DNA from: Octopus vulgaris
Lineage: Eukaryota
Length of the DNA: 64,000 nucleotides
Direction: 5' to 3'
NCBI GenBank assembly: GCA_951406725.2
Contig: OX597822.1
Coordinates: 53,134,001 to 53,198,000, forward strand
Below are positions 47,687 to 62,619 of this stretch, piece by piece. The notes under the pieces are model-generated. The model saw nothing but the letters and a program-made list of their open reading frames with translations. It had not been told where the DNA came from and searched no databases. The position numbers and the translations under genes were made by a program. Every line of letters begins with the position of its first letter. Positions within the stretch are counted from its first letter, which is position 1.

Positions 47687-49994
47687 TATATATATATATA
47701 TATTTACTCGACGGACTTATTTCAGTTTCCGCCTACCAAATCCACTCACAAGGCTTTGATCGGCCCAAGATTATAGTAGAAGATACTGCCCAATCCTCTG
47801 CAGTGCAACTGAACCTGGAATCATGTAGTAGGAAAGCAAGCTACACAGGTGCTAGTTCTGGTCATTCAGAACTCACCTGGGGCCCAAGCAAAAACTGAAC
47901 AACAATGATTACAGTTTAAAGAAGAGATAACACGAGAAATTTACACTAGTTGTTGCCAGGAATCCTAAGGCTTCATCTTAGATGAGACACTAGTAAGGTG
48001 CGATGACAAAACTATTACTACTGATAGTAAAATAATAACCACCACAGCAATAAATTGTTTCTTTAATGTTGGTGTCAGTCATAATTAAATAAAATAAGTA
48101 AATATATATACATGCAAACATTTAAACAGGAATCTTTTCTTATTGTACAATTAAATAAATATCAATAAATTTTGCGAAGCAGTTTTGATGCTTTGTTTTA
48201 CTTATATGTCTTTGAGCTTGTTTAATAAAATCACAATATTAGGATTGTACTATAAATTACTTGAGCATACTGTTTCTATTTTTGCTACCGTTTCTGTTGT
48301 TTCTTGTTGTATCATTTCTAAAGTTCCTGTAGTAGTAGTAGTTGTTATTATTGTTGCTGCAGTCGTTGTTGTTGTTATTGTTACTGCTGCTTGGGTTGTC
48401 AATGGTTTTTTAGTGAAGTTTACACAACCACTGACGTGCTTCTATACATTTCAATAAATTTTAATAATTTCCTTTATTGCTGCCTTAAATCGATTTAACA
48501 AATACAGAATATGTTGAAACATTATAAGAAAAGACAGAAAAATCAATTAATTTATTTCATTCGGTTTATTTAGAAAATATTTTCGTTTGAACTAAAATAT
48601 ATTTCATTGTTGCCAAAAATTGGATTCTACACCTAACTGCACACTCTTCCTTAAAACCGACAGCTTATCACTACTATTTGTTTAATTAGCCTTAAAAGCA
48701 ATAAGAAGAATAACATTTTAACGCGGTTTAAATATTTCAAAAGAGAAAACAAAGATTGCAGTGGGATACAGTCTTAACTGGTTCTGCGGAAAGCAATAAA
48801 ATCTGTTTATAAAGAATTAAGTCAATGAATTGAAATTCTAAAGTAGAAGTAAAGCGAAAGTCAGTGCGGCTATTTAGTGTTTTAGCAAATTAGTTAATAA
48901 ACATAGTTGGAGAAAGAAAGAAATACCGGTAGAGCTTTTAAATATATGATTTAATGCCAGCATATTCTGAGAGCTGCCATAAATTCCGCTACAGAATGTC
49001 CATTCATGAATGCTGGTTATGAACAATCACTAGTTTTAAAATTTTAATTCTACCAGGATACAACTGTTCCAATATGTTTGCACCAATCTCACCTTACTTT
49101 GATTATTGCCCAAATAATTCATTTCGATTAACTTCCGTTTTCAATATTCACAGGTAAAAGGCATAGGTGTCATTGTATCCATTTTTTCTTTCGCTCTAAA
49201 ATATAGCATTTGCGTGGTTTATGTGAAGAAATGAATGATTTCGCCTCGTTTTAATTACTTTTTAAGTAAATATTAAACAAATGAAATACGATGCCTTATA
49301 CGCATTTAGTGCATATGTATGCATATTTACAAACGAATACACACATACATAGATATTGCTATAATGTATTAAAGAAGAGGTCTATAGATTTTTCGCCAAC
49401 ACTGCATGTCACGATGAATGTAAAGATTACGTTCGTGCACAGACAGACCAGTTTGCATATTTGATACGTTCTTGGCAGAAAATCCAAATATTACGTAATT
49501 GGTGTGTTAACATATCTATAGATTTTTAGTCAATACTGTCTGTTACAAATAAAGTATACATTACATCTTTGTACATATGTTAGCAGAGATTTTAATTTCA
49601 TTTCTGTTTGGAGTTTTGTTGATGTTCGCGTCACTTGGTGTTCTGATCTTTATAATGTGAAGGTTCTACATAAGATTTCTGGGCCATGGCGCGTGGTATG
49701 TACTTGAGCAAAGTGATTCATTTCCCATTGTTCCAGCGTACTCAATGATGGTGCAACTCTCTCTCTCCCTCACTCTCTCTTTCTCTCTCTCACTCTTTCT
49801 ATCTCTCTGTCTCTCTCCAGCCTTCACATCCTAAATATTCCTCTGGTTTAACGAGCGTGAGTCTGAGAAGATGCTTATTTCTACTTCCGAATACATAGGC
49901 ACCTAGAACAATTAGTGAAAGCATGTTAGATGGCGTCATATATTACTCGCTTGTAAGAGGCGGCTATGATTAGTGTGCGTGCGCGCGCGCGCGT

Positions 49995-50028
<34 letters not shown>

Positions 50029-50299
50029 AAGTGGTGTCTATTGTCTCCCCATTTGACAATTGGTGTCGGTTTGTTTAGATCCTCGTAAGCCTAGCCGTCC
50101 TATAAAATTGGTGCGATAGAATGAGCATCAGATTTGAAATAAGGTTTGCAGTCAGTTTGAGGGACTAAACAATTCAGGGCTGTGCCCCAGTATGACTGCA
50201 ATTCAACAACAAACAGATATAATAAACATATATATATATATATAGACATACAGACCATCTGACAAAACAGGTACTTAGATAGTTACATAAATAAACACA

Positions 50300-50712
50300 G
50301 GCGCAGGAGTGGCTGTGTGGTAAGTAGCTTGTTTACCAACCACATGGTTCTGGGTCCGGTCCAACTGCGTGGCACCTTGGGCAAGTGCCTTCTACTATAG
50401 CCTCGGGCCGACCAAAGCCTTGTGAGTGGATTTGGTAGACGGAAACTGAAAGAAGCCCGTCGTATATGTGTATATATATGTGTGTGCGTTTGTGTGTCTG
50501 TGTTTGTGTGTCTGTGTTTGTCCCCCTAGCATTGCTTGACAACCGATGATGGTGTGTTTATGTCCCCGTCACTTAGCGGTTCGGCAAAAGAGACCGATAG
50601 AATAAGTACTGGGCTTCCAAAGAATAAGTTCCGGGGTCGAGTTGCTCGATTAAAGGCGGTGCTCCAGCATGGCCGCAGTCAAATGATTGAAACAAGTAAA
50701 AGAGTAAAAGAG
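50300..50712 (+). mobile_element. Full-length SINE family A
   Basis: tRNA-like head, ccttgggcaagt block and tail. Confidence 0.9.
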
Positions 50713-50764
50713 AGGCAGGTAGGCAGGCGGACAGACAAGCAAGCTGGCAGACAGGCAGCAAGGC

Positions 50765-50837
<73 letters not shown>

Positions 50838-52749
50838 TTATTGATTCAAGGCTACATGCACCTACAGATTATAGTTCTTCATTAGAATAACAGAAATATT
50901 TGACGCTGTTTGATCAACTCAAGAACGATGAAAACAAAAATCGACTCTACGTTATGTAAGCTGCGGGACGTGCATGAATAAAAGCGAAACGAAAAACTAC
51001 AAACGGGCCCAACAACGACGTTTTTATCATATTTGTTATGATTGCCTTTGGGTATAGTATTATTTTTTACTAACACTGGCTCAAGATCACACATTTGGAG
51101 AGAACGTATAGTCAACTAAATCGACCACAACTTGACTTGTACCAATCGATCTTGTAAGAATATATAAAAAAAAAAAATTCTTGCCTTAGAACGTATAATT
51201 CAAACGGACGTAACTGAATAATTTACCTCTCATTCTGTCGACTCTGCCAGCTAAAACCGACGTTAAACATGTAATTATTCTTATAACACATTATTAGTAA
51301 CTAACCAACCTTTTTCTTCTTTCAAATAAATCCTTGTTAAACAATATAACTTTTGGAATGATTCTTCCAAAAATTATTATTATAGCTCCTCCTTGTAGTT
51401 GTCATGAATAATTCGGTAAAGGTAGTAATCCACGAAGTTATGGCTGTAGTGAGATTTGACAAGTAATTAGACTACCGACTTAATAAACCATTTGCTTTGT
51501 GCCGTTGGAATGTGTCCATGGTATCAAATATTTAACAGAAGTGATTTTCCCCAGGAACCAATATTACGATTTAAATGACAGGTTTACCATTTTGAGTCCA
51601 GAAAACACTTCAGTTCTGGATTTTTAGTGTCTCTCTCAATAAGGTACAAGAGCAGCCAATATTAGCGTATCGCTCACTTATGGAACACAGATAGCAAACT
51701 CCAGCGCGCACGCACACACAGCACACACATACACACACACTATTTACTGCACCCAAATAAAAAGCATCCAGTTGGTGATAAAAATTTTCCATTAATACCA
51801 CACTACAACTACTAGTACCAAGATATCCTTCGACTTGCCTGCACCTATTTATTCTATTACTAGTACTGTGTACCTTCTGTTCTGTTCTATCAATCAACAC
51901 CTAGCTATGGTGAAACACATAGCATTCAACCAGCTCACCATGACCTGTAATCAGCAAAAATCCATTAAGTCCAATATTTCCTGATCAGTTCTGTAACCTT
52001 TGAAACCTCACACTGATATCAAGCTACAAAAGTATAAGTTGAAGCACAAGAACTCATACCAACCTAGAAATGTCCGAAAGAGTTGTGGCTTCTTCCATTT
52101 TATTTCGAACTAAATAATCATTTCTGACATAAGCACGAGGGCATAAATTTGGGGATAGGAATTCAGTTGATCACATCCACTTCAAGGCACGATCCTTATT
52201 TTATATTATCCATCGCGGGAGGATGAAATATAAAGCTTGACTGAGGCACAATGGATTTGAACCCCCGGAACGTAAAAAGAAAGACAAAAGAACGAATACT
52301 TCAAGGAAGTTTCTGTGCATTTTGACGATGCTGCCAAGCCTCCACTCTCATAAGCGACGACATAGTATGAGTTTTTGTGCCTCCAAGACAGTCTTGAGTT
52401 TATCACTCCCACATCCCGATACGAAAAGAAAAATAAAGTATACATAAAGTACCACCAGGGTGAACAGCACAACTTGCTCTTTTCAGCTACACTAGGGCTC
52501 TGAGGGGTTAGTAATTGTTTATAATACAGATATATTCTTTTTTCTTTTATTCTTTTACTTCTTTTAGTCATTTGATTTGACTGCGGCGATACTGGAGCAC
52601 GGCCTTAAAGGGTTTTAGTCGAACAATGTATAGGCTGTTGCATAGGGTTGTGAAGTGATGATACGAGCAGTCATCATATGTGTGTGTGTGTGTGTAACGG
52701 ATATTTGTATATTAATACGTAATATGCCAAAGCGGTTTCAGACGCAATA

Positions 52750-53965
52750 CAGGGTGCTAGGGGTATTTGAGGACATTTCGTTTTTAGTTCATTACACCTT
52801 CAAATGGTTTAATGTAACTTTTTCCTCAGCTAACCCTTTCAAGATATGCTAACTCAAGAAAGGAAAAGACATGCATTCATATTTGCTATCCATGCAAACC
52901 ACAGTGATTTAGAAATTAGCAACTTTCTAGATGTTGCAAGATCATTTGTACACAAAGTTCGGTTGGAATTGGAAGTATGTGATGGTAATGTTTCACCTGT
53001 ATCGAAGAGAAAGAAACATTCACAACGTTCAGACACTAAAAGGATAATGGAATTTATACATGTTCAAAACATTATCGATGAAAACACCAGAAGATTAATG
53101 AGGTCCATTGCTAAAGACCTGCGGGCGCCAGAGTGGACTATCAGATGTGTGGTACATCGTGACATTCGATACAAGTCCTATGTAATGAGGAAAGGCAAAT
53201 TCGTGTCAGCAAAGACACAGGTAAACCGTCTCATCCGTTGAAAACGGTTACTTAACAAAGTGAAAAACTCTCATGAACAAAGCATGCTTTGGTGTTTCTC
53301 TGACAATATCTTTGATCAGGATCAAAAGTCTAATAGAAGAAATGACAGGTGGTTATGTGCAAATCCTTCTGAAGTATCTAGAGTGATGCACAGGAAAATT
53401 CCAGCAACTGTGGTGGTTTTAGGATTAGAGAAGGTCATATAATGCCTCCCCACTTTTTTCCACAGGGTCTTAGAATTATTGCTGCTGGAAACATTGAGGT
53501 ACTGGAAATTATTATCAAGTCCTGGATTGATGAAGTACGAAATGGAAGGCTATTTCAACAAGACTCAGTACATTCTTACAAAGCCCTAGTCACCCAAGAA
53601 CGGTTGTCAGACAATCTTTACGATTATATAACACCCAATATGTGGCCTCCAAACTTGCCAGATTTGAACCCCATAGATTACTAAATGTGGAGCGCTGTTG
53701 AAAGGAAGACTAATCTTCATCCTCATAATAACATATCTTCATTGAAGGCCGTCCTCATAATAACATAGCTTCACTGAAGGCCGCCATTGTCCAGGTGATG
53801 TCTGAAATAAATACGAACCATATAATGTTAGCATGCCAGCGGTTTCGGACCCACATTGAATCAGTCATCGAAACTGACGGCGGTTTCATAGAATAATTTG
53901 CTTAAAAAATCACTATCAAGACTAATTGCACAAATGTTTATTCAAATATATAACTATGCACCGTG
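52750..53965 (+). mobile_element. Near full-length maT (DD37D) transposon with pseudogenised transposase at 52846-53897
   Basis: TA|cagggtgc...gcaccgtg|TA, WCFSD, and FQQD-(37 aa)-PIDY, with stops and frameshifts. Confidence 0.9.
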
Positions 53966-54521
53966 TATATACTAATCAGTTTATTGTAAAGAGCACATCC
54001 GTACCTATCTGCGTCGTCTATATTGATAAAACAATTAGATCCACTGAACCTCTCAAATTTATATCCCTTGCTTCTATTTTCTTTCTCTTTTTCTTTTTTT
54101 TTTAAAATTCAAACAATATTTTAAACAGTTTTTTAAAATTTTTATTAATAGTTCGGATAAAATCTTCGTTGACCGATATTTTTCACCACACTGAATTACA
54201 TACGTCCAAATCCTACTACATTTGAGAATAAAATGACGTAGAACAGTTGGCTTGAAATCAACTCTAGTAATTAAGACTTCCTTGCACGTTTTTAACACTC
54301 TCCTCCAGGTATCAGATTTTTGGCTAATTGAGAAGTAAATGACAGCTTACATACATAACAATAAAAGGGCGAGTAATTGTGGACGACTCGGAAAAGAAAA
54401 CTAATGAAATTAAACGAAGCAATATCAGCCACGCGACGGCTAACTGACAAGAAAGGAATGGAGACATACAAAAAAATTATAATACATTTCTTAAGAAAAC
54501 ACGCTGTTACGAAATTAATAA

Positions 54522-54715
54522 TGGTTTCAAATTTTGGTACAAGGGCAGCATTTTAGGGGAGGAGTCCGTCGATTCTGTCGACTCCAGTGCTCAACCGCTG
54601 CTTATATTAACGATCCCGAAATCAGCACCGGCGGCATTTGAAACCAGAACGTAAAGACGGACGAAATGCCACTAAGCATTTTAACCAGCGTGCTACCTGT
54701 CAGCTCGTCGCCTTA
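54522..54715 (-). mobile_element. SINE family B
   Basis: Family motifs. Confidence 0.75.
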
Positions 54716-55084
54716 GTTACAAAGTTAATGATAATAATACGGGCAGCCTTCGCCTTTCGCTGCCCAAAGGATTTTTGACCCAATATTTACACGCTATTAT
54801 TTATAGGATTATATATGCTTCGAGCTTCAGTGTTCCAAACAAAAGAAGAAAGATATTTCACGTTCATCTAGAGGTTTCTAAATTCTTATGACATCAGCAA
54901 CATACAATTCTTACCCGTAGGAATAAAGTTTCTAAAGTGGATAGAAATATTTCAAAGATAGTTTTGGTCCGATGTTTGAAAACCAGTGGTTTCGAGTCCT
55001 ACATGCAACCTTCGACCTTCTACATACAGCATTATACACATATATACATATATACATACATACATACATACATACACACATAAT

Positions 55085-55492
55085 AAAAAAGAGCCTTGAC
55101 CTAGTTACAACATTCTCAAAGGATGTGTGTTTGGAGTTTGGTCAGGATAAATGCTGTTATATGGTTGTGAAAAGAGGGACAACTATAAACCATTCTAGTA
55201 ACATCTCTATCAATGATTTGGCTGTTTCCCCTATATTTGACGAGGAATGTTACAGGCATCAAGGGGTGGTTATGAAAATATATGTTACATTGGCACCTGT
55301 GACAAAACACGTGTCGCTAAAGAATATTACAGTCGAATAAAGAAAATTTGGACCTCAGAACTCTCTGCATTCAATAAAACAAAGGCCCACAATGTGCTTT
55401 CAGTACCAGCACTCATACCAACATTTGGGCTGCTTGACTGGACGCTTCATGAGATCGGAGCCATTGATGTCATAAATAGTGACGTAGACCGC
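55085..55492 (+). pseudogene. R4-like RT/thumb fragment next to (CATA)n
   Basis: LVTTFSKDVCLEFGQDKC..EYYSRIKKIWTSELSAFNK..IPTFGLLDW. Confidence 0.75.
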
Positions 55493-55497
55493 ATAAA

Positions 55498-55933
55498 TAG
55501 TGCGCGACATGAAGATCTCATATTAATATAGACAGTGCATGACTTTGCAGGTGGAACCCAGTTGCAATTTTTTTCAGGTCGAGTTGCCCATTCCACTCAA
55601 AAGGTCCCCGAATAGGGGGTTATTTAAGGATGACGAACGAAACACCCATATTTCCAGAGGTGAAGAATTCAAACACCAAAGAATTCCTCTTAACACATGG
55701 CTATGATAGACACCCTCTACTCCCGCTCATGATCAGAAACGCACGTATCATCAGTCACCAAAGGACATGCTCAAATGGTTAAGATCAAGTAACTGGCAAG
55801 CAAATTTGTGTTATTGAGCAGAATATTTGCTGTAGGCCAGCTTTTACACCAAGACAAATTTTGTACATGATAACACTTCCAATCAATTAAGATCAAAAGC
55901 TATGAGTGCCACTGTCTTGAACTGCATTAAGGA

Positions 55934-55936
<3 letters not shown>
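55498..55936. mobile_element. Non-coding interspersed repeat abutting (ATT)n
   Basis: Overlapping homology with 30500-30668 (gcgcgacatg..gatctcatat..catgac). Confidence 0.5.
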
Positions 55937-55980
<44 letters not shown>

Positions 55981-56059
55981 TTATTATTATTATTGTTATT
56001 ATTATTTTTATTATTATTATTATTATTATTGTTATTGTTGTTGTTGTTACTGTTATTAA

Positions 56060-56275
56060 GGGGGCGAGTCAACAGAATCGTTAGCATGCCAGGCAAAATG
56101 CTTAACGTCATTTCGTCCATCTTTGCGTTCTTATCTCAAATTCCTCCGAGGCTGACTTTGCCTTTCATCATTTTATGGGTCGATAAAGTAAGTATAGTTG
56201 ATCACTGGGTTCGATGTAACCGACTTCGCTTCCCCCCCCACCGAACTTGCTGGCCTTGTACCAAAATTTGAAACA
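56060..56275 (+). mobile_element. SINE family B between trinucleotide microsatellites
   Basis: Family motifs. Confidence 0.8.
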
Positions 56276-56296
56276 ACAACAACAACAACAACAACA

Positions 56297-56337
<41 letters not shown>

Positions 56338-57379
56338 CAGTAGTAGCTGCAGCAGGAGAAATTGTCGACTTTTTTTATTCGTTGACAACTCTTTTCCTTC
56401 TCAGTAGCCTCATTATGGATTAGCCTCACATGAATATTTTTCAAAATATAGATGTTTTTTTTTCCGGTTTTATCTATTTTGTAATAAACTTTAGAAATGT
56501 TAAATTTCTTTCAGTTCTTCTTGCTTAGTGACAGAAAATAAAAACAGACATTTTGAAAAGCTCTTGTGTGAAACCGATAATTTTTCTCGCTTATTAACTT
56601 TTTAAGCGTAAAAAATTGAACAGCTTTTTCAGTTAAAGTGATATTAAACACAGACATGTCAGTGAAACACGCCTCCGTAAAAGGCAAACCCCTAGATTTA
56701 TACAAAAAAAAAGACACAGAAGAGAAACAAAAGAAACCTTGTGAACAAAAAAGATGGAAGAAAATACAAACATTTTTACAAAGAAAATAATGATATTCCT
56801 CTTTTTAGTTTAAATATTAGCGAAGTTACCGAAATTGACGCTTCGTTTAATAACAATAATGCACACAGGAAAACGTTTTTTTTTTTTTCAAAAAATAAGA
56901 AAAAATATAACGGCCAAGAAAAAAAAGTTTTACGTTTGCTTGTAATACTATACAGATTTTGAATATCAACAAACTAACCGAGAAGACATCTGTTTGACAA
57001 TATTTTACAACAAAAGCAAGCACAAATTTTTATTGAAGAAACGGGTAAAAACGGGAAGATTTATGAATATGTATTACCAAAAACGGAAATGTTTTTCATG
57101 TCTTCAAAGGAATAATTAATGCTAGCCCTAGCTGACGTGTGAGGCGATATCCATAGCTGCACTAAGAGCTACCGTGCGTCTGTTCTTTTTAAAAACAAAT
57201 GGCAGGCCGAAGGAATTGGTCGATTTGTACTTCAAACACCTAACCAAGTCATACATTGGTCAAACAGTGATTACGTCCACGATATACTAGGGTCACAGTG
57301 TTGTTCCTTGGCCTTGTGATACAGTATGGACAAGTAGTACGTGTCGAAATCGCCGGGAAGGAGACATGGTGGGAGTGAG

Positions 57380-57720
57380 ATCTTCATGGATTACAGATTC
57401 TAATGACACTCGAAGGTCAGAGAAACGGACTAAATTTTGTTGAAAACTTCAAGTACATAGGTGGTTTGGTGAGCAGTTCAGAAACAAACATCAAGATCAA
57501 ACATGAACAACCTGTCACAAACTAAGGAATGTCTGGAACTCCAATTGCCCAGGCGAATCAAAATCAAGTTGTTCGTTGCAACTAAATGGCTGTCCTATCG
57601 AGAATATGAAATGTTAAAACTAGAAGTGTTGGAATGGATGCCTAATTGCTCTGAAAGCGGTAGTAAAAATAGTTTTAAGTTCTTCCTCTCCACAGGACCA
57701 GCAAAAGAAAGAGGAAATAA
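57380..57720 (+). pseudogene. Degenerate RTE-like RT fragment
   Basis: VENFKYIGGLV and LPRRIKIKLF remnants. Confidence 0.45.
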
Positions 57721-58924
57721 AATTGCTGTCATCGACAGCAAATCCCAGAAAATGCTGATGTTATGGAAGTGATAACGATCGAAGCACCGGAATCACCTGA
57801 GGAGAACATCCCGGTCTCAGTTTAAGCGGATTCCTTCCTTCAGCCACGGCCGGAAAAGATGAGGAAGAATATTTGTCATAGTAACAACAACAGATCCCAG
57901 ATCACAATGGAAATTATGAAGAAGTCACTGCAGGAATGAAAGTCTCTTGGGCCCCGGAAGCCATTAACATGGTAATCCATCTACTTACCATACCTGGCAA
58001 TGTTACACTATCGGCATGCAACAAAAGAGAAGTGACGGTAATTGGGAAAAAAAATTCCAGACGATCCGAGAGGGTAGGAAGACAAGAAGCTGAAAACCCC
58101 CCAAAATTTTTTAATTTCATCAGAAGCAAACCAGGAAAGATAAGAACCTCACTTTTCACGTAGAGACGACATGAGATTTCCGATTCTTAAAAGTTGAACT
58201 AGTGGCTCATTGGCGGAATAATTGATATGTGTTGGGTGTGACTGTATCTCCATATAATAATAGCTTGGTTGGTTGATTTGTCCAGTGACGCTTTATATTG
58301 CGTTGAGAAAAGAGGGTAAAAGAGGGTTAATATAAGATGTAGGAATATATATTGATAAACACGTCACTTATAACTTATAAGAGTTATCATTATGCATAAA
58401 TCCTGACTTTAGCTACATAAACGCCTTAGCGAGAAATATATACTCTGAAACGCTAACGGACATTTTATGCGTGCATTTATGTTGGAGATAAATAAATTCG
58501 TGTTCTTTTAACCGTTATATAAAAAATACAGAGTTTCATAATTGCAGAAATAAATTTCATTAACAAGTTGAAGAACGTGAAGAAAGAGAGAATAATCGCT
58601 ACATTAGTTTATTTATGTACATTTAACGTTTATAGTACAATTGGAAAGTAAAGTCATTTTGTCGTTGAGAATTACGACTTAAGATTCACACTAGCTAATC
58701 CTTCATACTAACTACAAGAGTTCACAACAATTCAAATAAGTCTTGTTAGATTTTTATCATAGACATGGCATAAAAATAGCCAATATTTCGATGAGTGAGT
58801 CTCTCATCATACACAATGAAATATGCTCTTACGCACGAATTCTCATAAAGAATCTTGCCAACTAAATACAAAAGCGAACTATTATATCTACTCTCGTGAA
58901 AAAAAAAGCTCAAAATCTCTCGTG

Positions 58925-59232
58925 GAAGCGTCATCCAACCAAAATGCAAATATATGGGAAACTACCACCTGTATCATCTCTTGTGAAAGGTAGGAGAGTC
59001 CAGTTTGCTGGACATTGATATAGAGCTGAAAACGAGGCAATTTCTACTCTTCTCCTCTGGAAGCCATCTACTCGCAATACCAGAGGGCGTACACTCTCCT
59101 ACCCTGATGTAATCTCCAGGGATACAGGCCTCCAGCAACAGGACCTCCGTAATGCTATGATGGACCGTGAAGTCTGGCGTAGCATGGTAAATTCCATTGT
59201 TTCAACCACGGTTGAACAATGATGATGATAAT
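58925..59232 (+). mobile_element. 3' end of an RTE-clade LINE with (GAT)n tail
   Basis: IYGKLPPVSSLVKGRRVQFAGH..LLWKPS..RGR..AMMDREVWR. Confidence 0.85.
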
Positions 59233-60029
59233 GATACCTATTCTTCCACAGAACGGGTCGCTAGTTCGTTTGTAATCCAAGCTACAAAGGTACGAACAGT
59301 TCTATGAAAGAGTAAATGTACGTTGATCTTTGTTTAGCGGTCTTGTAATATTGTCTTCAGTTTTCGGTGTTGACTTTCAGACCGTCCTCAATGTTATCTA
59401 TCGTTGCTTTGCTCTTATGTGCATTTTTATTCTGTGTGTTGTAGATATGGGTATACATTTTATGCAGCTGTGTATCTTGTTGAATGATTCCATGAGGGCG
59501 TCTACGGTTTTCATCAAGTTTTGGATTTTAGTTCTCATACCTTATATCCATTTAAAGTTTCTGTTCTACCCTGTATATGTGTGTGTGTGTGTGTGTGTGC
59601 GTGTAAGTGCCCGCGAGCGTTGAATTCTATAATAGTCATATTTTGGTTTCAGGTTTCATTTATTGCAGATATAAATATCTATGTTGTGTTGTCTTTAGTG
59701 GCGTCTTATTCGTTTTATGTAGTGGCTTGTTATGTTGTATTATTGTGTTATTGTTACATGTTTGCGGTAAGTTATTTTTATATTGTCAAATATTATGATG
59801 TTTTCCTTTGCAGTGCGTATTCTTTCCACAAGTTTATTGATTTTAATTCTGGGAGTCTTCTTACTTTATATTATAAATCTCCGAACGTTCACTAGTATGT
59901 TTACTGCAATATTTACCCCACTGTGCTTTCTTCTGTTTTTGTTCTTTTTTTCAGTCTTATTATTTCTTTTTCTTTCTTATATATATTTCTTACTTATATA
60001 TATTTCTTAAAAAATATATAATTTAAAAA

Positions 60030-60990
60030 AATCATGATCAACATAGATACCATCGTCCACGTTAACATCGTCTGCGTCATAGACATCAGTATCATCCTCG
60101 TTGTCATAATTATCACCATTACCATCGTTGTCATCATCATCATCATCATTACTATTATCATTTTCCTCAACACAATTATTATCACCATCATTACCATCAA
60201 TACCCATATAATTACCATCATCACTGTCATCTTCAACTTCTTCTTTCTCTATCATCCTCATTCCATTATCCTCATTATCCTCATCAACATCTTCACCTCA
60301 TCATCGTCACCATCATTATCACCATCATCAGCAGCAGCAACATCGTTATAATCAAAATCCATATGATTGCCGCCATCGTTATTACATCGTATCCCACTTC
60401 TCCGGCATCAACAACGTCGTTCCGTTATCCTTATCATCAACATCATCATCATTATCTGTCATCGTCGTAAAGCAAGTTTTAATGTTTTTCCCGTCAATAG
60501 AAAATAAGCAAATTAGATAAGAGATAAAAATCCAGCGGAGAGTAATTATGTTAATTAATAATATAATTAAGGAAGACTATATCATCAGGCTGTATGTAGC
60601 AATTCCAAACTTATTTGATACTACGGCTGTGGTTGTCCATATTGTTGTATTAACTGTTGTTGTTACTGTTAAAATTGTTATTATTGTTTTTTTTTATTAC
60701 GGTAATAACTGTTCTATTTTGTTTTGTTGTTACTGTTGGTTTAGCTGTTGCATTGTATATTAGCCGTTGTTGTTATTGTTGTTGTTGTTGTTGTTGTTGT
60801 TTTTGCTGCTGCTGCTGTTGCAGCTGAAGTTGATTTCATATTAGCTGTTGTGTTCTTTATATTGCATTATTTGCTGTGATTACTGTTGCAGCTATTGCCT
60901 CAACTTGCTAGATTTGTTGTTACTGTTGTTATTGTTGTTCTTCTTCTTGTTCTTGTTCTTCTTGTTCTTGTTGTTATTGTTGATGTTGTT
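60030..60990. repeat. Degenerate (CAT)n and (GTT)n low-complexity tracts
   Basis: Direct inspection. Confidence 0.8.
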
Positions 60991-62128
60991 GTGGCTCTAG
61001 CAATATTATATTTTTCACCGCCTCGAAATTAGTTTTCATACTGTCTGATTTAAAATCTTACCTCTTTCAACTACCCAACCCAGATATCGTATTGATTCTG
61101 GTGGTTCTGCTCTCTGACGAATCTTTCTCGTCAATATTACACTATACCAGATGTGACGATGAAACTCTGGTTAACTACGTATTACATTCGTACATTCGGG
61201 ATGAACACGATGGAGAAGAGATGAACACAATAATTGCTGGGAGGATTGGGAAAGAAAAATATATTAAAAAACGCTTCAGAAGATGGATGGCACCCATCTT
61301 AAGTTGATTAAAACTTCTTTCAACATTGATATTGTTTTAGACAAAAGTTCAGAGCTGATCTACTGACCTACTATCAAAAAGTCTAGACATGAGTGTTCTT
61401 TCTTTAAGTACACTTTATATATATATATATGCAGAGAGAGGCAGAGACAGATACAGAGACAGACAGAGGGGAGAGAAATAAAACTGGGAAAAGCAACAGA
61501 AGTCAGATGTTCACAGGGAATATATTAGACTGACACTCAGTGAAAGTTTTGAGATGGAAAAAATAGAGTGGAAATTAACGTTCCGAGCATGGCTCTTCGT
61601 TAGAAAGAGGGAATATGTCAAGAGAGGAGGAAAAGGAGGAAGGAGTAGATAGTCTGAAGAAAAGCACGTGTGTCGTTACATGGCCAAAAAATAACTGACC
61701 AGAATTTGGAGGGATATAGAGAATGTGGCTTTTGAAAGCAAGAGAGTACAAAAGTGGCCAATGTCTGTGTGGAATGTATATGTGTATATATGCATTTTTA
61801 TGTGTTGTGCGGGCGCGTGTTGGGAGTAACATATTTGGGCGCTGTGCGTAGCATACTACTATATGTAGTCGTGTGTGTTTGTGCTTATGTGAGTGTTTGT
61901 GTGAGAGACAGTGAATCTAAGATGTTAGTAGCTGTAGGGTTAGCCATTAATTGTAGGACTTAGCAGTAGATGGCCTTGGTGGTAGGCTAGGTGATGTGTT
62001 TGTGAGTGCAGTGTGTGTTGCTGCGTTTGTGTGTGTGACTGTCCAACATATAAAAAGCCGCAAAGTGTACAGTTCAGACAATAGATGATGTTAGAAGAAC
62101 TGCAAGAGAATATATATATATATACATA

Positions 62129-62316
62129 GGTGCAGGAGTGGCTGTATGGGAAGTAGCTTGCTTATCAACCACATGGTTCCGGGTTCAGTCCCACTGCATG
62201 GCACCTTGGGCAAGTGTCTTCTACTATAGCCCCGAGTCTTCTACTAAAGCCTTGTGAGTGGATTTGGTAGACGAAAACTGAAAGAAGCCTGTCGTATATA
62301 TGTATATATGTATATA

Positions 62317-62362
<46 letters not shown>

Positions 62363-62368
62363 TATATA

Positions 62369-62403
<35 letters not shown>

Positions 62404-62592
62404 GTGTATATGTTTGTGTGTGATAACCGATGCTGGTATGTTTACGTCCCCGTAACTTAGTGGTTCGGCAAAAGAGAACGATAGAATAAATACTAGGCTT
62501 ACAAAGAATAAGTCCTGATGTGGATTTGCTCGACTAAAGGCGGTGCTCCAGCATGGCTGCAGTCAAAATGACTGAAACAAGTAAAAGAAAGT
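62129..62592 (+). mobile_element. SINE family A with expanded internal (TA)n
   Basis: Homologous to the 50300 copy. Confidence 0.9.
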
Positions 62593-62619
62593 AAATACAT
62601 ATACACACGCACACACACA

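Noticed and set aside
53720-53785. 31-bp tandem duplication in the maT transposase
   Set aside because: An ordinary slippage mutation in a dead element.
57770-58190. Possible further ORF1 remnant (MKVSWAPEAI..EVTVIGKK)
   Set aside because: The zinc-knuckle residues are missing and the evidence is insufficient.
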